From NCBI RefSeq assembly GCF_004010195.1, contig NC_057745.1, forward strand, positions 37,396,405-37,460,404: 64,000 bases of DNA. Direction: 5' to 3'. The DNA is from Chiloscyllium plagiosum (lineage: Eukaryota). Below are positions 34,150 through 46,104 of this stretch, piece after piece (within the stretch, counting starts at the first letter, position 1; every line of letters begins with the position of its first letter). A program made the translations under genes and the position numbers. Below the pieces are notes generated by a model, which was not told the DNA's origin, made no database searches, and worked only from the letters and a program-made list of their open reading frames with translations.

Positions 34150-35090
34150 CCTGCGTTCGATAAGGTTCCCCACAGTAGGCTATTGTACAAAATGCGAAGG
34201 AATGGGATTGTGGGAGATATAGCAGTTTGGATCAGTAATTGGCTTGCTGAAAGAAGACAGAGGGTGGTGGTTGATGGGAAATGTTCATCCTGGAGTCCAG
34301 TTACTAGTGGTGTACCACAAGGGTCAGTGTTGGGTCCACTGCTGTTCGTCATTTTTATAAACGACCTGGATGAGGGCGTAGAAGGGTGGGTTAGTAAATT
34401 TTCAGACAACACTAAGGTCGGTGGAGTTGTGGATACTGACGAAGGATGTTGTAGGTTACAGAGAGACATAGATAAGCTGCAGAGCTGGGCTAAGAGGNNN
34501 NNNNNNNNNNNNNNNNNNNNNNNNNNNNNNNNNNNNNNNNNNNNNNNNNNNNNNNNNNNNNNNNNNNNNNNNNNNNNNNNNNNNNNNNNNNNNNNNNNNN
34601 NNNNNNNNNNNNNNNNNNNNNNNNNNNNNNNNNNNNNNNNNNNNNNNNNNNNNNNNNNNNNNNNNNNNNNNNNNNNNNNNNNNNNNNNNNNNNNNNNNNN
34701 NNNNNNNNNNNNNNNNNNNNNNNNNNNNNNNNNNNNNNNNNNNNNNNNNNNNNNNNNNNNNNNNNNNNNNNNNNNNNNNNNNNNNNNNNNNNNNNNNNNN
34801 NNNNNNNNNNNNNNNNNNNNNNNNNNNNNNNNNNNNNTGAGGGGTGATAGATATAGGACAGATGTCAGAGGTAGTTTCTTTACTCAGAGAGTAGTAAGGG
34901 TATGGAATGCTTTGCCTGCAACAGTAGTAGATTTGCCAACTTTAAGTACACTTAAGTCATCATTAGACAAGCATATGGATGTACATGGAATAATGTAGGT
35001 TAGATGGGCTTCAGATTGGTATGACAGGTCGGCGCAACATCGAGGGCCGAGGGGCCTGTACTGCGCTGTAATGTTCTATGTTCTATGTTC
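34150..35090 (+). mobile_element. Young CR1 LINE 3' fragment spanning an assembly gap
   Basis: [11 protein letters not shown]...[22 protein letters not shown]...FSDNTKVGG; tail (atgttct)n. Confidence 0.9.
34498..34837. other. Assembly gap (340 N)
   Basis: Run of N. Confidence 1.
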
Positions 35091-35589
35091 ATTAAATAAC
35101 TATGAGTGACCTTTACTGAAAGTCTTTCTGGAATATCCCAGGGAAAGGGGATGAGAGAATTAGGGACGTTCATTCTCAAGACACTTTTTGGGAAGTCTTT
35201 TTTAAGGAAGCAGCAAAATAAATACATTGAGAGAAATAGAAGTTAAAAAAGGAACAAAGAGCTGACTCAAAATCCACACAGTTGCACAATAAAATAACAA
35301 AACAGCAGAGATAACTAAATTAAAATATAAAAGATTGAAATATTTTAAGTGCAAGCAATTCCGATATGGGAAGAAATCTACAAATTAAAGACTGAATAGA
35401 AAACGTAATTTATTAAATGTTGTCAAAATCAACAGAAACAATTGTAGATGCAAAATTAATTTAGGAACAATGTAGATCTATTTGCAATTATAAGAAAACA
35501 TATTTACACAGTTTGTTGAATCGCTTGTCTGCAGCTTCTGCTGGACGCTCCGACAGAAACCGGATGAGGCCTGATCGACATGTTTATGC

Positions 35590-35715
35590 ACCAATGAGAG
35601 ATTGCAAGATGACGTCATACACAGCAACGAACCAATAACTGCAGTGCAGAGGTGGGACGTCGAGGTCAATGTTTGACGTTGCTAGGCAGCGCCGATGCAG
35701 GTTGCCTGGAGACGG
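35590..35715 (-). promoter_or_regulatory. Candidate CCDC153 promoter: two RFX X-boxes, a perfect CRE and two CCAAT boxes
   Basis: GTTGCTAGGCAGC (35678-35690), GTTGCCTGGAGAC (35701-35713), TGACGTCA (35610-35617), CCAAT (35591, 35632). Locally CpG-enriched, with a possible minus donor gtaaat at ~35507. Confidence 0.65.
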
Positions 35716-36129
35716 AAAAGCCTGGGTCATAGGGCGGCACCATCTTTGAGACAGGCAGATGGAGTTCCATTTCCAGGCATTCATCATAAATCATTGAATA
35801 AAGGAATCGAGCCTTCCCCACCGAGATCCTCGCTGTTCTGCCTTATTTAGAAAATACTGTTATGACAATGCAAATGAGTTTCATGCACGTGTGTCACTTT
35901 AATATCAAAATATTTTCAATCATTAATTTTGTATAGGTTCTGCACAGATTTCTACCTTTTTTTACTGTTGTTTCCCCCCTAAGATGCTGGAAGAGGGGAA
36001 TGGGTTTGTAATTGAAGCAAAATACTGATTTGCCGCTGCTGGAAATATGAAATAAAAACAGTAAGTGGAAGAAAAACTGAGCAGGTTGAGCAGCACCTGT
36101 GGAGAAAGAAACAGAAATTTTTCACTGAA

Positions 36130-36392
36130 TCTCGACAGTGCAGGAAAAAAAGCCATTTGGCCCATCTGCACCCATTCTCCAAAGAGCATGCTAGCCTATA
36201 CCCGTATTTACCATGGCTAATCCTGAACATTCTGGCCGGTTAAGTAAAGCTAACCCACCTAACGTGCCTGCCTTTAGGTATGGGAGGAAATCCACGCAGA
36301 CATGGGAACGTGCAAACTCCACACAGGTAGCCAATGCTGGAATTGGACCCGGTGCCGTGAGACGGCAGTGCTAACCGTGCCTCAACGACGCC
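36130..36392 (-). mobile_element. HE1-type SINE, degenerate
   Basis: gtgcaaactccacacag...gcagtgctaacc is the reverse of the SINE head and body. Confidence 0.7.
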
Positions 36393-37567
36393 CCAACTTT
36401 CATTGGGGTTAAAATACTTCGCCAATAGCAAAGAGGTGGACAAGCCTCTGTCTAACATAATTATGAGGGGCTTTTTAGAGTGGCTACAAAGGACTTATAT
36501 CTGTTAGTAGAGAGAGATGAATTCTAGATAACAGTGATTGACGGGAGGAGTGTAGGAAAGTTGGTATTTATTTCGCTCAGAAGAGTGGCGGAGTTGGAAC
36601 TGAAAAAGTGATAGAATTCCTTTTCATCCCCACCCTCTTGCCACATCACGATTTCAAAAATAGTTGATACCCACTTGAGATGCAGGAGCAACCTACAAGA
36701 CTAGATCCAGGATAGAGTGTTTGAAAGTAGGATGAAATTGGATAAACCAGTACAGAGAGAATGGAATGTGCAGTCTTTCTGTTTCTATAGGGGGCACCAA
36801 CAACTTTGAGAAGAACGGGCGAGAAGTCCAAATACATGAGGAAGTGGTGATTAACTGACACATGCAATGGGACCATTCTCAGAACATAGATTATGTCATT
36901 CTTGGTCGATGCAGATGCCTTGGAATAATCCATATGTTTGGAGGTGCAACTAGAATTTGTTTTTAAAAAATCTTTGAATTTGCGTATCCAGTTAGTTGAA
37001 TGTTGAAAAGATTTGATGTTGAAATTTTGGTCAGAGCTCTGCAGTTATTTTTCTCACAGCAAGCTTTGAGCTAGGTGGAGATAGCAGCAATGAGCACACT
37101 TGTTCTGGATCCAGTTTTGTCTTCAGTATTTGTGTCTAATAGCAATCTTCTACATGAGGGAGAAATTGGTGACCTTGTACTTTTAATGAGACGATCAATT
37201 AAATAACAACCAGGACGGTCTGATACCAGGATGCTGCAGTTGTTAACAAAAACTGGAAGGCGAAAAGCTGAAGCAATGGAGCACCACTTCCGGCAGAAAA
37301 GAGAAATTATCGTGTGATATGTTACATAAACAGTTTCCATTATGAGTGAGAACATAAGATTTTGTCAAGAATTCACTAAAAACTCTTCTGATATCTTTTT
37401 AATCATTGGAAATGACACTTATTGGTTTAATGAAATTTATTCAACAATATGAATAAGGCTTATATTTAACCAATGCTTTTAATTAAGGTTATCGTTGTTA
37501 AATAAACACATTGAGCTGGAGAACCAATGAGGTGGACAAATTGAGTTAAGATACGAATCAATAAAAA

Positions 37568-37940
37568 AACTAGGAGAAAGTGAGGACTGTAGGTCAGAGT
37601 CGAGAGTATGGTGCTGGAAAAGCACAGCAGGTCAGGCAGCATCTGAGGAGCAGGAGAATAGACGTTTCGGCCATAAACCCTCATCAGAAATGTTGATTCA
37701 CCTGCTCCTCAGATGCTGCCTGACCTGCTGTGTTTTTCCAGCACCACACTCTCAATAAAAATCTGCAGATGCTGGAGGTCTGAAACATGCAAAAACAGAA
37801 AATGCTCGAGAAGAAACGTCAGCGGAGAGAAAACAGAATTAACGTTTCGAGCCTAACGACCCTTCTTCAGAATGTTAATTCTTTATCTCCACAGACGCTG
37901 CCAGACCTGCTGGATTTCTCCAGCAATTTCTGTTTTTCTT
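37568..37940. mobile_element. Two adjacent fold-back Penelope-terminus-derived elements
   Basis: gtgctggaaaagcacagcaggtcaggcagcatctgagg / inverse, with TSD-like tcaataaaaa (37558, 37752). A second family follows at 37762-37940. Confidence 0.75.
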
Positions 37941-38089
37941 TAAGATATAGATTAGCCTGGTCCTAATCGAATTTCTTGTGAAATAATAAGCAGAAAATAT
38001 TGGAATCGTCCGGTTGGCCACGTGACATTTGCCGAAAGAAAGACAAGAGGAAAATTGTTTCACACCATCAATCTAGGATCAGCCAAAAT

Positions 38090-38720
38090 CAGCGCTGGTC
38101 TCACCAGTATCAAAGATGGCGCCCTGCCAAGCGGAGCAGCTCGGGGCCAGGCTGACTTTGTGCGCGTGCGTAGCGCCGGGCCTCCACTTGTCTCTGCGCG
38201 GCCCACCTCCCGGGGCTGGGGTTGAACTCTGACCCCGGCAGTCGCGGGCCGAGGGCGGGGTCAGCGGAAAGGCGAGAGAGGGGGGGGGAAAAAAAAACCG
38301 GAGGCGAGTTTCGCGGCGACACTGGGTTTAAAGACTAAAACGATGTGAGTGGAGAGTTTGCTGAGGTAAAGTCGCCCTCGAATCCGCTGACGGACCGTCT
38401 GTTGTCAGGAAGTGTAGCCCGGAGGCAGGTTTTTATTCGGAAGGCTCTGCTGGTTGTCGATGGCGGCGGCGGCGGCCCGGGGCAGTAACCTGAGGAAAGC
38501 GGGAGGCTTCATCGGGCTGGTGAAGGATGCCTTCCAACCTCACCCTCACCAACACCAGCCGGCAGGAATCGTGGACAAGAGGGCGGTGGAGAAATGTTGG
38601 AAGCTGATGGACAAGGTACGGGGCAAGCCGTCCCGGGGGTGTGTGGAGGGGGATAGTCTCTGGATCCGGCCGAAACCCAGTGGGTAGGGGGCAGTCGGAC
38701 ATTGCCCATCGCAGGGCAGT
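38090..38720. promoter_or_regulatory. CpG island / CBL promoter
   Basis: High CpG density. YY1-like AAGATGGCGCC (~38113), NRF1-like TGCGCGTGCG (38161), GC box GGGCGGGG (~38253), E2F-like TTTCGCGG (~38309), ETS CAGGAAGTG (38406). Confidence 0.8.
38460..38615 (+). CDS. CBL: E3 ubiquitin ligase CBL, exon 1 (52 aa); the rest lies beyond the window
   Basis: [52 protein letters not shown]|gtacgg. KDAFQPH and [10 protein letters not shown] are c-Cbl signatures (CBLB has VEKTWKLMDK). Intron position after MDK and CCDC153 adjacency agree with human. Confidence 0.95.
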
Positions 38721-39344
38721 GTGTGTAGCTGGAGCTGAGGGACAGTCTCTCTCTCTCTCCCTCCCCTCGCTCAGATCCATGCCCCAAAGTCATTGTCTTC
38801 TCGGGGAGAACTCTGGCAGGATCCCTCCCTCCCTCATAAATAAACTGCATCTGCTTATACTCCCAATTAATGTTCACCCAGTGGACAGTATTTCCCGGAG
38901 GTGACATTGTCACTGGTGGAGATTATTGGCACAGGCGAGAGAAAACCCGTAGAAAGAAGGAAACTGATGGACAAGCTGTAGGTTACATTGCAGTGACGTT
39001 CCTCATATCGTTTTCCTGCATTGTGCAGGTTTAGTGTTTCTGCACACAGTTTACAGTTGACACAGATGTATTAATATCACAACAAATCGAGACCAATATC
39101 TGAAGGAGGTCCGAAGTCACTAAAAATGAATACCACTGTGAAACGGAGATAGTAGCATTAGGATTAATTTAGGATTGATCTGTTACTTGTGCTATTATGC
39201 TAAGTCTTTGCCTGCAAAGTTTGCTAAACAAACATTAGTGCTGCACTGTTTCTCAATTGCATCAATGTTACTACAAACAAAACGCTAGAGAAAAATGGGA
39301 GAAAAATTACAAAACAAAAAGAACCGACCCCTCTTTACAGATGG

Positions 39345-39679
39345 GAGAAAGTGAGGACTGCAGGTACAGGAGGTCAAAGTGGAAGGTGTGTTGCTGGGGA
39401 AGCACAGCAGGTCAGGCAGCATCTGGGGAACAGGAGAATCAACGTTTGAGACACTTCATCAGGAATGAGGCCTGTGGGCCAGGGTGGAGGGGAGAGGGCT
39501 GGGGGTAAAGTAGCTGAGAGTGCGATCGGTGGATGAAGGTGATAGGTCGGAGAGGAGGATGCAGCGGATAGGAGGGAGGGAAGATGGACAGATCAAGAGG
39601 GCTTATGCCTGAAATGTCGATTCTTTTGCTTCTCGGATGCTGCCTGACCGGCTTTGCTTTTCTAGCACCACACTCTCAA
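39345..39679. mobile_element. Penelope-terminus-derived element with 16-bp TSD
   Basis: TSD ccctctttacagatgg at 39329-39344 and 39680-39695, with inverted arms. Confidence 0.8.
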
Positions 39680-39790
39680 CCCTCTTTACAGATGGCTGTC
39701 TTACTTGCTGAGGATTTCTTGCATTTTTAGTTTTGATTTCTAATATTTTTATCCTTGCAGTGCACTCACTCTGTGTGTTTATAAATGTCA

Positions 39791-40741
39791 AAAATCACAC
39801 AACACCAGGTTATAGTCCAACAGGTTTAATTGGAAGCACACTAGCATTCGGAGCGACGCTCCTTTATCAGGTGATTGTGGAGGGCTCGATTGTAACACAG
39901 AATTTATAGCAAAAATTTGCAGTGTGTTGTAACTGAAATTATACATTGAAAAATTGATTGTCTGTTAAGGCTTTCATCTGTTAGAATACAGTGATAGTTT
40001 CACTTCTTTCATGTGTAAATCACAAAACCTTTTTTTAAGTTGCATTCTCGGGTTAGCTGTTAACAATGGTGATAGCTAGACAATATGTTGAAGGTGTTAG
40101 CCCCCTGTGTTCTCTGTCTATGACCTGATGTTTAGATTGATTCTAATCTAAAAAGTGAGCTAACAGAGTTTTACATAAATTCATGCAGTTTTAAAGCTCA
40201 GAGTTCTACATGAATGTATGCAGTTTTTGAGCAAAGTGCAATGTAACTCTGCAAGTACAAATTCACCACACAATATATATGTGTGCATGTGGGTCTTTGT
40301 CTGTGTGTGTGTGTGTGTCTGTCAGGGTGGGGGTTGAGAGTGTGAGAAAGTGTGTGTGTGTAGTGAGTGCAGAGTGTCTTCAGTCTGTGAGGGGGTGCAT
40401 GTGTGAGTGTGTGTGTGTCTGTAGGTGGTGTGTGGATGTCTGTGTGTGCACCCAAAGTCCACCTTGGAGGATGGTCACCCGAAGGTCCGAGGCTGAATGT
40501 CCTGGACCACTGAAGTGTTCCCCAACTGGGAGGGAACCCTCCTATCTGTTGATTGTTGTGCGGTGCCCATTCATCCGTTGTCGTAGCCTTTGCTCGGTTT
40601 CCCCAATGTACCATGCCTCCGGGCATCCCTGCCTGCAACGTATAAGATAGACAATGTTGGCTGAGTCACATGAGTACGTGCCATGTACAAGGTGGGAGGT
40701 GTTCCCACGCGTAATAGTGGTATCTATGTCCACAACCTATG
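39791..40741 (-). mobile_element. 5'-truncated Penelope-like element (GIY-YIG + 3' terminus) with 12-bp TSD
   Basis: TYSCDSANIVYLIRCRQGCPEAWYIGETEQRLRQRMNGHR. TSD ttataaatgtca at 39779-39790 and 40742-40753. Internal (TG)n tract. Confidence 0.88.
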
Positions 40742-43700
40742 TTATAAATGTCATCATTCTGCGTTGGTAGATAAATTCCAAAGATCAAAGTGTCATTGCA
40801 GTATGCATTCCAACTGCCTTTATTAAAAATCCACTATTGTTTAGGCACTTAAATAATTGTTAGACTTCTGTTTTGCTCAGAACTGTGGATATCTGTATGA
40901 TGCAATAAGGTTTTAAGCTAGTGTTGGAGATATCCACATTTGGTATGCCTAACTACCAAGTCTCATTAAGTTGCAGTGAGGTCATATTTATTGTCAAACA
41001 GTTTGTATATCTTGATTTGTTTGAAAGTAAGTATAATGTCTGTGTAGTGCTTAACAGGTTTTTAATCAGTCTTACTTTTTGTGTATAGATGCAGCTACTG
41101 TGTGGTAAGATGGAGGAAGAGTAAATGTTATTTATGGATATTATTTAGTCCAGTTACCTCACTACTTAGGCATTTAATATTTCACTAACAGCTTCTAGAC
41201 ATGTCTGGAGCAACTTTAGGTTTTGTCTTGTGGAGGGCTTTGTTAACTTTTTATAAACTGCTCCATAATGCACACAGCTTCAAATGCCAGGAATTAAAAT
41301 TTAGTAACTTACAAAAGCAGAAGTTATTGAAAAGATTGACCATGATAGTTGATCTCAGTATTTGGTTTGCATCCCAATCTATCTATAGTTGATTCAGCCT
41401 TGAGACTCAGCTGTAACTGAGAGAAAACTATCTAACTTGAAGACTTCATTAGTAACAAATGAACTGTATGATTTTAATTTAATCAATTGAACATCTAAAA
41501 CTTTGCTAAATTCTCAGAGAATGGTGGAAATAATGGCATGTAAAAGTTTCCCTTTTGCAAACAAAATATAAACATTAAAAAAAACTCTATCAAATTATAC
41601 AATATCAAAAAAGAGAATGGATCATTTATTATCAGGTGTGATGCTGAGCCACATCGATCAGCAAGATTATGTTCAAGCCTTAGTATACTGAATTTGTAAA
41701 TTTCAGCCCAAGCAGTAGTTAGGACATTGCAATCAACCTTTCTGGCCCGCAGAGAGGGAGTCAAATCAGTCTGCTGTGATAAGTATACACTAATTCATGT
41801 TGGAAAATGTGCTTGCGTTGACATCTCGGAAGAATAGAACTGGACTATAGTGCAGTGTTTTACCTCATTGAATAAACTGCCGACTATAGTTCTGTAAACT
41901 CACACATAATATTTTTATGAGTGATGTATTGAAGATAAGGGATCAAATTTGAGAAGATGTGGTAAATCAAACAATAAAGTAAAGGCCAAAGTGAGAGAGA
42001 AGTATTAATACAGCAAATAATAAACCCTGTGGCAAGGAGTTGAGAGTCTGAAACTGAATCAACAAACCGATCAGATCAGAATTTACAAAAGAGAGAAAAA
42101 GAATAAAACTAAAAGACTTTGTATTTGAATGTACATGGTATTCTAAATAAATAGACAAACTTAGAGCACAAATAGAAATGAATAAGTAAAATTTAGTAGG
42201 CATTATGGAGCCATTGCTGCAGGATGACATGGATTGGGACTTGAATCTTGAAGGACACATGATATTTAAGAATGGCAGCAAGAGAAAGAGATGGAGGACT
42301 GCCTGTGTTAGGTCACTCTTTTATGCCAAAAATCATAATTAACTAAGTTCAGGACACCAAGATGTGGAAGCAGTTTGGGTAGAAATTTGTCATGATGTCG
42401 GCAAGAAGTCACTTGTTGGAGGTGGAACACAGGCTCCAAACAGTAATCACCGGTGGGTTGAGCATAAAGGAAGAATTAACGAGGTGATTAATTCCAAGGG
42501 GAAAGACATGGTGAGATCATGGGAGATTTTAACTGCATGAGCAATTCATATGTTTTTGGGATAGTTTCTTAGGACAGCATTTTTTGAACTGACCAGAGAG
42601 CAGGCTGTACTGGAATAAAACAAAGAATGGAGGATGCTGGAAATCTGAAAGAATAACAGAAATTGCTGGAGAATCTCAGCAAGCCTGGCAGCATTCAGAA
42701 GGGTCACTTGACTTGAAACATTGGCTCTGTTTTCTCTCAATGGATGCTACTTGGCCTGATGAGTTTCTCCAGCAGTTTCTCCGTTTCTAGCATGCTGTAC
42801 TACATCTGGTATTGTGCCAATAAGATAGAATTGATAACTTCATAGTGAAGGCGTTCTTCAGTAGCAGTGACCATATTATGGCTGAATTTTACTTTCAGTT
42901 TGAGGGAGAGCAAGAATATTTTAAAAAAGAACAATTGCGAGGGCACAAAGACAGAGCTAGGTAAAATGAATTAGCAAATTGGGTCAATAGAGATGCAGTT
43001 GCACATATTTAAGGGGATACTTCAGAATATACTGAACAGATAACATTCTAACAAGTGAGAAAAATTCCAAGGTATGGACTCACCATTTATGGTTAATTAG
43101 AAATGTTGAAGATAATATCAAACTAAAAGTAAAAGCAGGTATAGAATAGAAGATGTACAGATGTCAGATGAATTAAACATGTATTTTGCATAAATCTTCA
43201 CTGTAGGGGATATAAATAATATTCTAGAAACAATGGGAAATCAGGAAATGGAAAAGAGGGAGGAACTTGGCAAAAAAAAATCAGTGACCAGAGAAATGGT
43301 AATGAGTAAATTGGTGAAGCTGTCAGCTGATTTATGCCAGGTTCTTGAAGAACTTCATCCTTGAGGTTTAAAACAAGTGGCTCGTTAGATTGTTGATGCT
43401 TGGTTTTCATTTTCTAAAATCCACCTGATTCTGGGACAGTCCTATAAGATTGGAAGATAGCAAATATGAATCCTTTATTCAAAAAGAGAGGGACACAAAA
43501 ACAGGAAACTACAGGACAGTTAGCTTAATGACACAGGTTAAGTGTTAGAAGCTATTGTTAAAGACATTCCAGTAGGCATTTGGATTGGTAGTTTAAGGTA
43601 ATTGTGGAGAGCTAACTTGGTTTTGTGAAAAGGAAATCCAGAAGGAAATCATATTTGACCAGTTCCTCAGACTTTGAGCTGTTTTGGATAGTTGGAAACT

Positions 43701-44101
43701 GATGGATTTACTGCACTTAGATTTTCAGAATGCTTTTGATAAAGTGACGTGTCAAAGGTTATAGTGGAAAATAAAAGCTTATGGTGTAGGGGTAGCATAT
43801 TGGCGTATGCAGAAGATTAGGAGAAAGTGAAGTCTGTGGTTACTGGAGGTCAGAGTCAAAAAGTGTGGTGCTGGAAAAGCACAGCTGAGGCAGCATTTGA
43901 GGAGCAGGAGAGTCAACGTTTCGAGCATGAACTCTTTATCAGAAATGTTGGTGGGGGGTACCAAGAGGGCTGAGAGATAAGTGGGGGGGGGGGGGGGGTT
44001 GGCGGCAAGATAACTAGGAATGCAATAGGTAGATGAAGATGGGGGGCATTGGAGTCAGTTCCAAAAAGATTTATCAGACTAATTGCTGAAATGAGAGGGT
44101 T

Positions 44102-44401
44102 ATTGTGGTTCTGTTCACCGAGCTGGGAATTTGTGTTGCAGACGTTTCGTCCCCTGTCTAGGTGACAGCCTCAGTGCTTGTGAGCCTCCTGTGAAGCGCT
44201 TCTGTGATGTTTCCTCCGGCATTTATAGTGACACCACTATAAATGCCGGAGGAAACATCACAGAAGCGCTTCACAGGGGGTGCCCAAGCACTGAGGACGT
44301 CACCTAGACAGGGGGCGAAACGTCTGCAACACAAGTTCCCAGCTCGGCGAACAGAACCACAAAAACGAGCACCCGAGCTACAAATCTTCTCACAAACTTT
44401 G
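44102..44401. mobile_element. Fold-back element (~128-bp arms) with hammerhead cores and 12-bp TSD, nested in CR1
   Basis: 44103-44230 is inverted against 44234-44362. TSD aatgagagggtt at 44090-44101 and 44402-44413. Confidence 0.88.
44288..44327 (+). ncRNA. Minimal (Penelope-type) hammerhead ribozyme motif
   Basis: gca CTGAGGA c gtcacct agac agggggc GAAACGTC tgc. Has the CUGANGA core, helix II, GAAA, ACGU palindrome, GUC triplet and helix I gca/tgc. Confidence 0.7.
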
Positions 44402-46104
44402 AATGAGAGGGTTGTCTTATGGGGAAAATTTGGACAGGTTTGGCTTACATCTGCAGGAGTTTAAAGTAAGGGGTGACTTGATTAAAACATAAGATCCTGA
44501 GGGGTCTAGACAAGGTAGATGTGGAGAGAATGTTTACTCTTGTGGAGGGATCTAACTAGGAGTGACTGTCACTCAGTAGGATTGAGTTATGAGGTTACAA
44601 TCGGATCAGGAATGATCTCTTGAATGACAAAGCAGACTGAAGGCTCAATAGTTTACTCTCCCTCACTGGGAAAAGGCAGATATTAAAAGAAAAACATGAA
44701 TCTTTCACAACTGCAGGCTGATCCATAGAGCTTTACAGATAATTAGGTCCTTATTTTGAGGTGTAATCACCATTATAATAAGGGAAACACAGTAGCTAAT
44801 CTGTGCACAGCAAGGTTCCAATAGAGTATAATGTTGACCAGATGATCTATTTTTCAGATTTTTAAAGGATAAATATTGTCCAGGGTAAGCATCATAGAAT
44901 CCTTTATATACATGTACGAAGGGGACCATTTGAGTCTCTGTTGGATCTTTTGAAGAGCAGTCTATTTTGTTCCACAAGATGAGAAAGTGAATCCCAATAT
45001 CCCTGCATTTTTTTCTCCTCCAAATATTTTTATAATTGTCCTTTGAAGACTAATACTGAATACCTGTTACTCTTGTTAAGTTGCCATTCCAAACCTTAGC
45101 CACCTGTATTAAAAAGTTATGTTGGCTCTTTTGCCAGTGACCCTAAATCTGTGCCTCTGATTCCTGACCAGATTGGAAATTGGAATCAGTAAAGAAGGAT
45201 CAATTGTCTGAGAATCACAGAATTGAATGCAGCAGAGGAAGAGGCCATTTAGCCCATTGTGCCCTGCTTCTCTGCTTTAGTGCCTTTTTCCCCATATTTC
45301 TGCACATTGTTTATATCCAAATAATCATTAAATGGCCTCTTGGATGCCTCAGTTGAACCTACCTCCACGAAATTGCCAGGCAAGGCCCTAAACCATTCTA
45401 TCACGCCTCTATTTAATCTTTTGCTGGTTTTAACTGCTCGAAGGAGAATATTTCAGCTTTTTCAATCTACCTACTTGATTGCAATCCCAAAAGTACACAA
45501 GAAGTGGGAGTTGACTGTATAGTGCGTTGAATTTACTCCACAATTAAATATGATCATGGCTGATCTTTGATCTCAACTTCACTTTGCCACCCACTCATTG
45601 TATCCTTTGATTTCCTGAGAGACCAAAAATATGTCTATATCAGCTTTAAATCTATTCAATGTCAAAGCATCTACAACCTTCTGAGATACAGAAATACAAA
45701 AATTCACAACTGAGTAAAAAAGCCCTACTCACTGACCTGCATTTCCTGAAGCATTCTAGAAGATCTCTTCTGTGCACGTTTTAATTGTACTCAGTATTCA
45801 CAATTGACTATAATTGTACACAGTACTCTTGCTAGGGCAAATTTTGTACTTTATATAGCATAACCTATGGACTTTTGTATTTTATGGCTCTATTTATAAA
45901 GCTTAGTATTCTGCCCACTTTATTGACCTGTTTTGCAGCCTTCCAAGACTTGTGCACCAGCATCTCAAGTCTATTCTTCTACTCATTAAAGATTGTACAG
46001 ATTTTGCATGTATTGTGTCTCCTCATTCTTCCCACAAAAATATCATCCCTCACTATTCTGTGTTGAAATACATTGACAGGTTTCTCTGTATGTATTCTTT
46101 GGAA

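Larger units (their letters stand above)
41990..44620 (+). mobile_element. Old, fragmented CR1 LINE with nested insertions
   Basis: Remnants of the endonuclease (gtagcagtgaccat), RT (ggaaactacaggacagttagc, ttagattttcagaatgcttttgataaagtg) and 3' end (aggggtgacttgatt). Confidence 0.65.

Noticed and set aside
34129-34998. 289-aa ORF
   Set aside because: CR1 RT fragment read through an N gap.
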